From Hyphochytrium catenoides (taxonomy: Eukaryota; Protista; Hyphochytriomycota), in assembly GCA_900088475.1 (NCBI GenBank), contig FLMG01004655.1:1-64000 (forward strand): 64,000 nt of DNA, read 5' to 3'. Shown one piece after another: positions 37,901-51,500 of this stretch. The translations under genes were made by a program, and so were the position numbers. Numbering within the stretch: the stretch's first letter is position 1; the number at the start of each line of letters is the position of its first letter. The notes beneath the pieces were generated by a model that was not told where the DNA came from, did not search any database, and worked only from the letters and a program-made list of their open reading frames with translations.

Positions 37901-40006
37901 AACGGCTCTCCCGGTTCCCTTTCTAGGTCAGGAGGGGCCAGATCTGATTCTTGGCTGCTTGCCCTGGCCGGCTGGTCATCAACCTCCTCCTGTGCTGTGG
38001 AAAGAGAGAGGGCAATAGCTTGGGCCATTAGAGCCTCCTCATCGAGTTCAGCATCAGGCCCTCCTTCCATGCTGCCTAGAGCACTTCTGGTCCAAGGGGC
38101 GACGGCAGATAGAGAACTGTCTTCTTCCCCAACTTGTCTGGATTCGTCAGCATCCTGTGAAGAGTCCATCCTATGAGCGGAAATTTGCATTCCGTCTCTC
38201 ACAGAACCCAACTCAGCTTTTAACGGCTCTCCATGGCCCTCTACACCTTCTTCGAGTTCCATAGATGAGAGAGACTGGGTGCCCTTCAATGTCATCAAGT
38301 TAGGTTCATCCTCAGCTAGGAGACCACTACACAAACTACTCACCATTTGAGACAAAGCGTTCCTGCGAGTGCTGTCCTCACTAGCGACTGCCTCTTCTTG
38401 TCGGCTACCGGATGTGCGAGCGGGTGGAGCGACGGACTGGGAAGTCCCTAAATCACCGTTTGCCTGGCCGGCCTTTCCGACCAAAGCAACCGGTAGTGAC
38501 TGGAACACGCCCTCAGAGTCAGGAAGATGTGAAGCGCTAGCAAGTAGCATCTTCACAGCAAGTAGAATCGCATGCAGACTCCCGTCCTCGGCTGCCCGAG
38601 CAATGAATCTCCCTACATGCAGTTGGAATTCGTCCGCTGATAATGGAGGTGCTGCTCACGATGTTAATAAAAATACTTGCATCTCATCAGCATTCGGCTA
38701 AAGCTTACCTGTGTAATCAGGGATAAGTGGAGCCACAACCCTCTCAACTTGCTCCTTTTCTTTTTTCCTTTTCTTTCTCTTATCCTTCCCCTTAGGACCC
38801 GACACTTGCTCGGGGCGTCCGCTCCCACCTGCTACTAAAGGATGGCTCAATATGGCTCTGTATAGTAGCGGTTCTGTGTCGCGGATTTGCTGGAGCATTG
38901 GGATGAAGACGCGCTGGTCGACGGCACCTGCCAGCAGGTCTTCTGACGATGGCTCCCCACCACCCAAGGCGTCTCGGGCCAAGGTTTCAGTCCCGCTCTC
39001 ATCGCTTCCATGATCGTTACCTGAAGCAATAGCTTAGCAAAATATCCACGGCCAAACGGAGAAATAGCAGTCGCACAACCTTCTGTCGTGTCTTCTGTCT
39101 CAGCTTCTTTATTAGCTACTTTGTCCCGTCCCTCTTTCTCCTCTCGCTTGCTTGTGGACTCAACCCTTCGCTCTAGAAAGAATCTAGTCAGCTCTTCTAC
39201 TTTCCTCCTCCGCACAACATCCTTTCGCTCCTCGGTCGCCTTTATGTCCTTCTTCGCCTGCATCAAAGAGTGATCATTCACTGCCATTATTTAGATTCAA
39301 AACTGTGCTGAATAATAGCAAACCTTGACCGGATCAACGGGCTTTCTTCTCACGGGCGGCTCTGGCCTCCCTTCTAGAGAGAGCTGCACTAACCCTTCCC
39401 GTGTTATGAGATCATTACGTTCAGCACACAGAGCGCTTAGCTCCTCCTTCATAGACAACGTCAGACCAGATCTGTTGAAAGTAGGACTGTACCTTAGAGG
39501 ACTTACCAACAGCTGCTGTGAGCGCAACTCCGAAGCATACTTATCCTGAGCATCCTCAAGTTCATGGAGGACGCTAGGACGTCGGATGCTGCTCCCTCTG
39601 GCGCCCAGCATCTGTGGCAACACCCAATGCACAAGGCTTGGGACTTCGCTATTGTAACATAAGTCTTCCTTGAGGTTAATTCTTTGACGACGGTGACTCT
39701 ACGGTTCCGGTACGCAATCTCTCTGTCGGGTAGCTTCTGATGCTTGCAGGGGTGAAGTATGATTGAAGGTTAGCCTATCTCGACTCAGCCGCGTAGCGCC
39801 AGGGTCAGATGAGGACCTCTGACTGAAACTTGCTGCATGTGATGGTCACTTATGCTCTACCGCCTCAAGTATGAGGATGCACCGATGCACCACACGCCAA
39901 GAACAGAATATCGACCTGAGTCTCTACCATGATGCGAATTCTCTGAAATCTTCGTCTGCGGATCCCTTTCTTTGAGCTTCCTTGTAACTTGTGCGCTCTT
40001 TCCCAT
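22946..40006 (-). CDS. Giant HECT E3 ubiquitin ligase (HERC1/HECTD-like) with UIM, BTHB-like, 3 SPRY, 2 UBA, MIB/HERC2 and C-terminal HECT
   Basis: Includes the 2067-aa ORF 32353..38556 and many further exons. UIM DEEALMAQAIALSL. SPRY domains at ~36545-36060, ~30900-30240 and ~26850-26130. UBAs MEMGFPRDWC and VEMGFPVTWC. MIB/HERC2 VVRGPDWKWKEQDGG (~27700-27520). HECT motifs FKVKFLGEGVNDYGGPY, LRFVWARSR and LPHAQ|TCFFSLSLPAYS (catalytic Cys). TAA at 22948-22946. The start codon is approximate. Confidence 0.93.
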
Positions 40007-40943
40007 CTTGGATATTCCAAGAAATTCGTCATTCTCATCCTCTCTCTTTGAAATTCCAATATTTGTGCAACCGTTCCATGTATTATTATTACTACTATTG
40101 CCGTTCCCAGCTAAGCGCATACAGTCCCTATTATTACAGCGATGGCTATTTTAGTAGTTGAAGTCTTCCAAGGGGCATTTTTCAGACGATGCGGACCACG
40201 ATTAATTAAGCCTTTATAAGGCCAACGAGGATTGTCAAACAGATGAAAAGTCTCATGAGGATTCAGCACCAAGCCTGGCTCTTTGCTGTTGCCGAGTTGC
40301 GGTCCTGCTTGCCAAATAGAGCCTGGTGTCGCCTCTTGCCATGAATGTACCAGCAATTCTTTCACCCGATAGAAGCGAATACATGTGCGAACCCTTTGCT
40401 CAAAACTTGATAACAGGGTCAGGAACTAAGTTGTGGTCTGAGACAACTGATAATTGCTGTGCTCTATTGACGAGGAGTGGTGGTTCAGAGAGTAGGCGGC
40501 AGCAGGTTGGAGAAAGAAAGGAGACAATGTGCGAACAGTCTAGCAAGGCGGGTCTTATATCCATAATTAAGCCTGAAGGACCAGATATCTTGCACCTTGA
40601 AGAGTTGTATCTGCAGGGGTAAGTCACCTATTTACTCAGCGAGACTGCATATCTTTAGAACACTGCTCCTCCTATGAAGAAGGCTAGTTGGAGAATCCGA
40701 TGCAGCTCCTATGCCTCAGGATCATCCCGGAAGAGATTTTGACGTAAGCAAGCTACCCTTTAGCAGCGCTCTCCGGCTTGAGTTTGCGAATGTAGGAGAG
40801 CCATTCATATTTAACTTGGAGCAGGCGACCTTTCTTTGTTAACGCCTGCTGCTATTAGGCCTTCTATGAGCATCTGAGGCGGTATCAAGAAGACAACCGA
40901 AACGCAAGCTTTAAGGAGGGCGGAAGTCCTGTTCAAAGGCTAG

Positions 40944-43900
40944 CTATCCCTCCGGAAGTGGAGCAGGGGCTTCCCACTGAGACTCCCCAGTAATACTGTT
41001 GTAGTAGTAGACCTTTCCACTGTCTCCATCAATGGCTTCCATCCAGTTTGGTGGTAGTACTCTACCGCTTCCCTCGCTGCCCTGTGGGTCAGTAGTGGAA
41101 TGGTTCAAACCTGCCTTTGCAGAGTGCTCACTGGAAGCCAATGAACTTATCAAGCCTTCGCAGTGCTTGAAGCCAATATCCCGAGCCAGCGCAAAAGCGG
41201 AAAGGCCCAACTTGTTCTGAGTGTCCTTCATGCCAGTGCCCATGTTGATAAGGGCTTGTACACACGCAGCATAGCCTCTCTGTGCTGCAATATGCAATGG
41301 ACTATCCCCATTCTCGTCAACCAGGTGGACGGATTCTGGAGCCGTCTCAAGCAGGTACAAACACATATCTTCTTCACCCCTCTCGCAAGCATAGTGCAAG
41401 GGAGTTCTCGCTGCATGATCAGGCGTAATAAGATCTGCACCGTGCTGGGCAAGTAATTCGAGGATGCGTCTGGAGACAGCCATGTGTGCCGGGGTCATCC
41501 CGGCGTAGTTACAGACTCCCACCTTGGCCTCGCTACTCAAAAGGAAGTCAACAACTTCAAAGGCATCATTCGCGGCGGCTACGTGTAGAGCCGTATCTCC
41601 TGCATATAATCTTAGGGCTTAAAGTGCTATCAATTGGAAGAAGGGATAGGCTCGCACCTCTATTATCTCCGACATCAATCCACTGAGGCGCAAAACTGAG
41701 TAAAAGGGCAAGGCATTGCAACTGGTTGGTTGCTGCCGCATAATACAAAGGAGTCCGCCCGTACTGGTCCATAGTGAAGACGTCGAACCAGTCGGTAAAA
41801 TACTCTAAGCATTCAAAGTGCCCGGCACTGGCAGCGGCGTGTGCGGAGGTTGCGAATTCTGAATTCATGCAGCTTGTGCAGGGAATTGCACCAGCGACAG
41901 CCTCTGGACTCCACAGGGAAAGAACGCACCTTGGATAAAAGAGAGACAAAGATTGGTCACAAACACAGGGAGGGGGCTACAATCAATCCCAAAACTGTGG
42001 AAAAAGGCCATCAGGATATTGAGGTACCACAAGGAGAGGATAAATAGAAGCATGGGGGGTAAGTAGGCCTCACCCCATGTATCCTGTGCCACCCCACTCC
42101 TTCGGCGTCATGGTGAGCGTCAGCAGCTTCCATTGTCCCTCTTCCCATCGCTGCACGGTCACCTTGATGGGTTTATTCATGTTCAACTCCACCTCCTCAA
42201 GAACGGCCTTCAGGTCATTGTGATTCTCATGGCTGACTGATCCGAAAGTCGTCAAGTAGTCGTAGGCTCGTAACCCGGCAGCTTCTGCTGGAGAATCGGG
42301 GGATACGGCATCAATAACTGAAAATGGGTAGGGTAGCTGGCCTGTGCTCGAGGTTGTACCAGACCGGGGTCCGTAGGTGGCAAGACTAGAAGCCTCTTGT
42401 AGATAGGTAACGTCCTCTGTTCCGCCTTCATAGTCGGAGGGTGACCAGGGCGTAATACTGCAACCCAGCAGTCCAGAACCTGACCAAGCGTGAGGAACTA
42501 GAGGCAGAGTCATTGTGATCCATTCGTTTGCCATCCACCGTTGTAGAGTGACGAGAATCTCCCTGCCTTCGTTCTCCTTCACTTCTGTCAGTATACTCTT
42601 GAGGTTCTCCTGACAAGAGGAGGCCGTTACACTGCCAAACGACAGAATATAGTCTCCGACAAACAGACCTGCATCAGACGCAGGAGATCCCTCAGCGATT
42701 GAGTCCACTGCTGCAAAGGGCTGCATAGGTTCTTCTTCTGGCCCCGAAACTCCGTTAGTGGCGTATTCCTCTTCCTGAGCTTGGATAAGAGACAGCTCAC
42801 AGCCGATCAGACCCTTGCCGCTCCATTTTTTGGGTTTAATTACTAATCGAAGAAGTGAACTTTCCCAGCCCTGAAAGCGCTGGACCCAGATACCCAGTTC
42901 TTGTCCCTCCGTAAGCCTTATGAGCTCCACAATTGGAGTCATGGAGTCTTTACAAGTTGTCTCATTGAGCGAGCCGATTTGAATGACCAAATCGCCAGGG
43001 GCAAGGCCAGCTTCTTCAGCAGGAGAAGATGGATGGACGACGTCAATTGTGGCGAAAGGAGAATGCGGTGGGCAATCCTGTACGCCATCATCTACAACAT
43101 GACTTACAGAGAGCCTTCCAGTTGGTAAAGGTGCAGAAACCTCAACAGGCGGGCCATCTTCTTGAACTGCCACCAAAGAGCAACCTATTAACCCTTCTCC
43201 CGCCCAAGGAGCGGGAGTTAGCTGAAGCTTCACAATTTGCGAGTCATCTCCTCCGTCCGTTTTGCGGACAATATGGACTGTGATTTCTTGATTCTCTACG
43301 CTCTTAAGATATTCTTGGACCTCGGTCTCCGAAAAGGGTTTACCGCCTGGTTCTATAGATAGGGTTCCAAGGCAGAGCACAGAGTCGCCGTCTTGGAGTC
43401 CTGCCTGAGCAGCAGGAGAATTCACGAGCACGTTTTGAACTCTTAACCAAAGAGGTATCGGGAGATCTTTGGAATCCTTTCCAAAGGACCCTTGCTCCTT
43501 GACCGTTATGGCGAGACCTCGGTCTGTGCTGGCGGTCCTTTCGATTGGTGAGACGACTTGAGTTGTTTGTTCGCAAGGGGCTTCTTTGTCCTTTTGCGGC
43601 ACGGTAGTACATTGCTGTTGGCAAACCGAAGTAGAGCCAGACACCTGGTCATCTTCAATAGTCTTCGAGTTCACAGACTCAGAAATTGACCGTTGACCTT
43701 CATCCTCAGGAGAGCCCGTTCTCCCCTCCTTAGCTACGGTATCAAGATTGGAAGCCTGATCTGATTTGTCCGCCGCACTCGTCTCACTCTTTATGGTGGA
43801 GCTTACAGGCTCCGCCGATGAGACTACTTCGCCTTGTTGTTGTCCAGGGTTGACAAGACGATTATCGGCACTCTGAGAAAGAGAAATCGCGGCTTGAATC

Positions 43901-46900
43901 TCCTTCAATTTGCTATCCACCGCACGAAATTCTATGTAGAGCGGTCTTATTTTGGCCTTCTCTTCCGTGGTAGGTTTACGCTTGTGTTGAAACTCAAATG
44001 TGGAGCACCAACCACTTATTTCAGCTTTGAGCGCGTTGTGGCGATGCTGATAGTGCGTCAGTGCCTGCTGTAGCTCCTCAAATGGTACCCTTTCAGGAGA
44101 GCTCTGTTTGCCAAGACCTATAGAGAGAGTACCACAATGGATGTCATGTCAAGTATCAGGCGGACATCTTTCTGTTGGCCATGCTCGCGTTCTACTTCCT
44201 CTAACCCTCATGAAGTTCCACTTACTCTCTGACTTTACTGCTGTTTGCTCTTTCTGGCTTAATAAGTTGATGGTCTTATCAAGAGCATCAAACAACCTAA
44301 ACAGCGGCTGAAGCGTCTTCTTTTCTGTCAGGTCTATAAGCGACAGGGAAGTTTGAAGGGTGTTAGCTAAGTAGGCCAATCTGAAAGGAGCTACGGGCCG
44401 AAGGCTATTTGGTACAGAACGTAGACCATCCCTGTAAACTTCTTGACGGGCGTCAAGAACGTACGGTTAGGGGTTGTGGCGGGTAGTGGCACTACCGTGG
44501 AGTGTTAGCCGTCCAGAACCAAAAACGTGACGCCCGACGGGCTACAACGCAGCGACGCAGTACCTGGATCCTTGCCACTCCTCGTCTTGCATGTCTCCAT
44601 CCATTTCTTTATGATGAGCTTAACCTCTCGCTTGTACTTCACAAATTTGTCTCGAGCTTCAGCGTCCTTATACTTCTCTGGGTGCGCTTGGCAATCATTC
44701 ACTCGGCGTACAATTTTCTCCACTACGGCCAAATGGTCCATAGGTATATGCGACTAGAGACGGAGGCGGATAAATTACGTTTAGAAACTCAGATAGAGAC
44801 AGATTGTGGCAAAGAAAGAACGTTTTAGGGCAGAGTAACGCAATAGAAGCCTACACTTCTAGTGTGGATAGGTACAACCTTCAAACAATGTAGAGTTCGT
44901 TCCAGAGATACGATCTCTTCTCCTTGTTGTGTGGGGCCAGCGGGTTGCTCTATAGTTGCCATTCTGGTCTTAAGTTTCAGATGGTACTCCTCTAAAAGGT
45001 GGAACCGCACAAAGTGTTGCTTTATCTCCTTCTTATCTTCAGTAGTAGGGTCTCTTCCATGTGTCTCCTTGAAGTTTGTGATCCATTCCTTTACCTTGCT
45101 CTTGATTGCAGCTTTATCAGCGACACAACGCTGCTCTTCATCCCTCAACTTCTCGGCTGAAAAATTGCATAGATCAGCTGGTGTCCCCAAGCTCTCTTTC
45201 TGAATGGCATTTCTTCTTTTGGGAGATGGCGGGGCCAGGGCAGAAGCCTGGGTGGTCGGTGCTTGAGTAGAGTTCTCTGATCGTCCTTCTATCTTCACAG
45301 CAATTGGGTTTGGTGGCTGCTGTTTGAAAGTGGGCGCTGATGATGACAAACCAAGCGCTGGAGCTGTTTCCAGATTAGCTGGGTCAGGCGAAGGCACACT
45401 CGCGACTGGTATTGGGGAGAGCGTGCTGTCGCAAGCGGCTCCCGCTTGAATTATCTCTGCTTGAGGTATCTCTTCACATTTTTTCGACCGGGGGCCAGTG
45501 TCGTTGGCCTCAACGATTGCGAGCTCTTCAGTGGCCAGCTGCTCTGATCTCCTAGCAACCTCTTGAATTCTCTCTTCCAGATCCTTGTACTGGCGATAAA
45601 TAGCGGAAATCGCCTCCTTGTCCGTACGATCTGGGTCCCTCCCTACAAAGGATTTCCGGCAATTTGTCAGTTCGGTTGAGAGAACAGCCCTTTCAACCTT
45701 GACCAGATCATCTACCCCAAGAAGTACCTTCTCGAGCTCGAAAAGCGACAACCCAATCCGATATGGTGGACTTAATAGCCTTCTTCAGCTTCAATAACCT
45801 GCGGAGCTCAACCCCAAGCTGGGGTCGACTCATCTTGCTAAGGTCTTGAAACTGGCCCTGAAGAGTAACATCCAGACATTGTAACTGCGGTGTTTGAATA
45901 GAGTTTCCTTTTCCATCTCCAGAAAGGGAGGTTTCTGAAAAGGGGGCTTCCTTATCCCTCTCATTCGCTGTGTCTGCCATTTTGACCTGATGGTTAGGTG
46001 TGGGAGGACCGGATTTAATCGGCGACGGTGGCTTCAAAGGAGAAGATGGTCTTATTGGGGAGGCTGGTCTCTGTTCAGTTGGCTGGGGACCAGGTTGCCG
46101 CTGCTGCAGCACTTTAAGTGCTTTTTCCTCTATCCGAAACTGCTTCAATGCCACCTGCTGCTCGTCATTCGTCTGGCTTCCCGATCCCTGCTGGTCTCTA
46201 CGATGATGTCGGGGATTGGTGGCGTAAACCATGGTTAGCTTGTAAAGCTCCATGTTGGGGCTTCGTATCCTGTGCACGTACCGAATGTGGCGAATCCTGC
46301 TCTGCTTCTCTTCCTGTAGCCTTTTCATCTCCAACTTCTTCCGCTTTAGTTCTTCCAGCTCTTTCGCTTTCTGTTCCCTGAAGGAGTGAAGGATATAGCT
46401 CAACGTGCTTCCCTCTTCCCTGTGTACAGACCGTAATAATCACACCTTTTGCGCTTTGCGGATTCCTCTTCCAACAATTCCTGCTCTCTTTCCCACTCTT
46501 GGATTTTCCGTTCCTGTTCTGCGATTGCAGCTAACCGGACAGACTCGGTTTTCAAAAACTGGCGATACTCATCTGTACTTAGAGTAAGTACGGTCTCATG
46601 GGTTACACTATGTCCAGTTCCAGGAGAGGTGAAGCAGTTACCTGACAGCCTATCTTCCCTCATCATCCTCACTTCGTCCTCTTTCCTACGAATCTCCTCT
46701 CTGAGAACTGATCGCTCCAGCTCTCTTGCCTGGCAAATGAGAGTCAATCCCACAGTCAGGGGTATCCGAGCCTAAAGTGGGGTAGTGTACCTCTTGCTCT
46801 AGCCGCTCCGCCTCCTTTCTCTTTCTCTCCTCTGCCTCAAGCATCGCTTGCCGCCGCTGTTCCAGCTCTTTTTTATGCTTTTGCACCCTCTCTTCTGACT

Positions 46901-47848
46901 CGCGAGCTTGCCTCTCTTTCTCAAGTCTATAGAGAAAGCCTTTAGCTTCATAGAAAATTGTGGACAACTTGAGAGTAGGCTTGCCTTATCTGCTCCTGAA
47001 TTCGCCTCTTCCTCTCTTCCTTTTCGACCTCTTTCTGGTTGTCTTTCTCTGCAGCCAGGACTTTCCTCATTCTGTCTTCTTCTTGCTCCATGCGGAGTCT
47101 TTCTTCTCGCTGACGAAGCCGACGTTCACCCTCGGCTGCACAAAATAAATCTATTGAGAGACGGATATTGATCTGTGTTACCATAAGCAGTGCTGACGTT
47201 TGTAGGTGTAGTCCTCAGCTTCCATGGTCTTTACTTCCATTCGGCGCCTCAGTTCTTCAATGCGAATATCTCGCTGCCTCTTATTCTCCGCGGCGACGCT
47301 GATATCACGGTCCTTCTGCATCCTCGAGACATGCTACATTCCAAGCGACTAGGGGTGAATGGACGAATACTTAGAGCATTTTCACTTTCACTGATACGCC
47401 AACCTGTAGCATGCTGAATCTGTCCGTAGGCATGCGAATCTTCTGTGCAGCAGATGAGCTGGTAGGCATTCCTTGCCCTGCGGTTGTAGAGAGAAAGAGG
47501 TCAGTCTCTGATAAGGCGGAGAAGACTGATAGTGGAGAGACCCCCGCACCACTAGCAAACACTGTGGGTGCACTAGGAGTCTGGCCTTCCCGAGAACCGG
47601 AAGCTCTGTTGAGTGAGACAAGAGCCAATTTTGGGAGTGTTAGACCACACGCTGCGATCAACACTTTTATAAAAATATCGTCGAGGATTTTACCGCAGGT
47701 CGCCATTGTTGTCGGCCTCAGGATTCGTCTGGCTAGAGTTGATCTTTATCTCTCTGTACTGTGGTTTGCTGTCGGTCAAGGAGAGGTGTGGTTCTCTTTC
47801 GTGTTCGGAGGTGAACTCCTTCCGCCCAATCTGGATGGCTGTGGGCAT
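40944..47848 (-). CDS. Multidomain scaffold: E/R/K-rich coiled coil, FAM13/Sld2-like helical repeats, four GRASP/Nas2-type PDZ domains, ankyrin repeats, C-terminal WW
   Basis: Coiled-coil exons at 46100-47330. Repeats such as KSKVKEWITNFKETHGRDPTTEDK. Four copies of (S)PA..AGL..GD...L.L.P..W.G.GL.GC (43460-41920). Ankyrin motifs SAHAAASAGH, TPLYYAA, TPLHYAC and SPLHIAA. WW LPPNWMEAIDGDSGKVYYYNSITGESQWEAP. The 5' end is uncertain, and the region could be two genes. Confidence 0.75.
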
Positions 47849-48588
47849 CCTTGGGTCAAAATAAGCTGCACACTATTCCCTTGTCCACAGGCCAGCCCTG
47901 CGATGACATCCAGGTGCTAGCTACCAAGCCGGCGACAGATCATCCCACCAAAGGATCTGAAGACCCACACCTTAGATTAACTCTCAGCACACATGCCGAC
48001 ATTATGCTATACCTAATTCTCAGCGTTGTACAATAAAAGACAGCGCCTGCTTGAGAAGAGAACAGCATTTCGATGACAGTCTCGTGAGGATCTCATCATC
48101 AGGCTCTGCGATCAACTTCACATGCCGAAAAGCTCATAAGAGGCAAGGAAGGAAGGGCTACGAGCTCAGAGCTCGGGGCAGAGGAGGAGGAAGAGAACGA
48201 AGACAAGGGCGTTACGGGATCACCGGCCGTTAGCGGCCTCTCAACGAAATGTCTTCATGGTTATCATAGTCCTGCTTGCTGTACAGACTGGGAAGCTGAA
48301 GCTGCACTAAGAGCGCAAAGAGACGACTTCTTCTCTTGCCTGACTGGCTGTCCTGCAGCGAAGCGAATAAACTCTCTTGCAAGTGCACACGGATCCCACA
48401 TGCTCATCTTATGGCACCAAATCTGCTATCACCACCGTTGCAAACATCTCTTACCGCTATCTACCCGTTTGGTTTCGACACCGGTGGCTCCTCATACGGT
48501 TGGACTCCGGAAACACGAACACCCTGTCACTCTGGGAGGACTATCTTTTATATAAGAAGTTCTTAGCAGCACTGCAGTCTTTAGCTCA

Positions 48589-51500
48589 TCACTTAGTCCT
48601 CCGTTCACCTTCTCCCCCCTGGCCATCTACATTCTCAGCTTGATTTACTCCAGCCAGCTCCAATACATAATCAGGAATGTCAGGTCGCTGTTTGACAGAC
48701 GTGTCCAGTACACTCTCGCAATATCGCCTCAGGCTATGTCGCAGCTCTTCTCCTCCTTCCTCAAGTAGTTCAGATAGCTGCATTGGAACACATTTGGTTT
48801 TAGCCGCTTTATCTGTACGTTGCTCCACCCTTCCCGACCCACCTTGTCTACAGGTAGCTTTGTAAGTGCGATGCACCCCAGTGGCTGGATCATCTGCAGG
48901 ATCTAAGTTAGATTGAGCTTACGGAATGCTTAAATAGCGAGCTTGAGAGAACTCTACGAAATGCTGAAGTACCAGCGAGAGGAGATCGACATCTTGCAAG
49001 TGTTGCCCGTAAAGTATACCTGAAAGCACTTTTTGACTCCAGTCCACAACTCTACGCTTTGCTCCCATACTTGACTGTCCACTAGCTGTGATAGAGCTTG
49101 TGCGGCGAAGTTCTAAGCAAGACATCATCAGCTGAACTCAAGACGAACCAAAAAGGTGGACATGCAAACCTTCAGCTTTGGCATGATACTAATCGCAGCC
49201 ATGACCGTACTCAGAGTCATTCTAGGAATCGGATTCAGACCAAGCATTTCCTTGATGGCGGCTTCAATAACGTGCCTGCGTGACAAGCGCCCATAACCGT
49301 CAAGAGACTGTAGATGCACGCACCTCCCATGCTCTCGGCTTTCCCCCATACCTGTTAAATACGTGAGGATGGTCAAAGCAGACTTTTCTAGCCTCTACGA
49401 CATCACGTAAAGGGGCTTCTATTCGATGGAGTAGCACAAGGAGCTCCGCAGCCGACAGAGACCCGTTTTGATCCACCAAACGTGAAAAGCCGACCCAAAC
49501 AATATCAGGCGACAAGGCTATCACCGAAGGCAGTATCCTTTCAAGCTGAAGAAATAGTGGGAAACATCATTGACGCTGCCATCGGGGCCTTGGGGGGTCA
49601 CGACTACCTACCTCTTCCATCTCGAAAGCATGGAGCACTGGCACCAGCAACCTCAGTTTAGTCGGGTCTTCCATGTATCTTTCTCTCAGAAGATCAACCT
49701 GTTAAGGTGTGGCCCCACTGTTTAGAACCAAGCTGTGGTCGGAAAATCAAGTAGTAGGGCGCACCATCTTCTGTTCTGGCTTTCGGCCGGACTGGGAAAG
49801 AATCTCCACGATCCTGAACACCATGGGCAACCCCTCTTCAGCGAAATGTATCACTCGTTTTAGCACATCTGCGGCTCCGTACGCCTTATCTAAAGTACGT
49901 ATGAGCCGCTCTATCTCCTTAACGAAAGCTGCTTGAACTATTTCATTGGTCTTTGTGTAAACCTGCACTCAGATGATAAGGCTGAGAATCTTTGTTTTAA
50001 AGCTGAGTAGCCTTACCTCGGCCAGCCCCGTCAATAAATCGACATTTTTTGTGCAGACTGCCAGGTAGAGGTCTAGTCTAGCTTTTACCTCCTCATGGGT
50101 CGTCGGCATACCGTCATATAGTCTACTGGGTGAGCAGGCATCTAAACTTTCTCGATAAGCAAGAGCTTCGCTCTGCAAAACCTGAACTCCATTCTTTACC
50201 ATTCCAGATTCCACTGAAGGTCAAACCTTAGTTTAAACCAAGCATGTCGGCTGTCGTCATAATCGAAAAGGCATACCTTCAACCTCGGATATCATGACGC
50301 TCTTCGGCTCGGAAGGCGTTTGGTCTGGAGGTAATGCAATGGACGTAATCGCTCCTCCCTCCACCATGGAGCTCAGAAGCGCGACAGCGGCACGTTCAAT
50401 GCTTGGGACAATCTCACTTTTCTTGAACAGCTGATTAGCGATACAGCGGATCGACTTCTCACGCACTTCCTCAGCTGGAGCAGATGCGTAGAGTAACAAC
50501 AAGCGAAGAGCTGCATCGCTTGCAAGGGGCCGCTGGAAGACTATATCCCTCAACGTCAAAATACCGAGATTAGTACCTTCTGGGTCTTCAACATACTCCT
50601 TCACCACCTCAAAGACTCCGGGTATAACCTGAGGCAGCTGACTGATGATATCTCTAAACAGCTTCTTATCTGCTGCTTGCGACGGATCTAAGGTGCCCTT
50701 CAGCTTGCGCAAGAATCTGTTGAGCACCCTGCTGTACCTATCTAGCGTTGCTGACGGGCCTTCCGAAGATTGAATGACAAGATGTCGACTCTGATTTGCA
50801 AACTCTTGATAGAGCAGAGAGAGCGCTAATTTGTACCGTCCATGGGCATCTGCAACAATATGCGTAATAAGCTTGTCTGTGACAGGTGAAATCCAAGTTG
50901 TGCTAAGCGCTGGATCTTTGGAGCTTTCTATATCAGCTGAGTCAATTGAAGCCAGCCATTCATTGCATGCCATACGAGAGATGACAGCGTCGCGAAGGGC
51001 TGAACGCCCACCGACGATGGCTCCCTTCTCTGTCCGTCCCCTACAAATCCGGTGAAAAGCCCATTGGGCCATCTTCTTACAAACTTCAGGCTTCATTTCA
51101 TTCGGCACCTTAACGACTACCTGGTTGTCATTATTCAAACCCACCATGCCCTNNNNNNNNNGAGAGAGCTTGTCTCAACCGACTCGCAACCATCTGTGCC
51201 TCCTGAGACGATAAGTCGGAGAAGTTTGTGAGACGTTACAGCGACTGTTAGACCTTGCCTTAAGTATACCTGAGGGGAGAAGATGAAGGTACTCTCAGAA
51301 GGGGGCGCGGTCCTCAGCCGAGGGTCCCTTGGACGGCCGTCACTTCCAGGCTCTGCGGACCCAATAGTTTCCAGAATTTGCTCTACTGGACGAGGACGAG
51401 TGTGACGGAGGCGGTCTTCGGGTGGTGGGCCAGGAATGTTGTGCATGTTGGCAAGAATAAGGTCTATCACACCGTCCAACGGTAGGGTCCTGATGTCTTG

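Noticed and set aside
51135-51170. Apparent frameshift in symplekin
   Set aside because: It coincides with an N gap.
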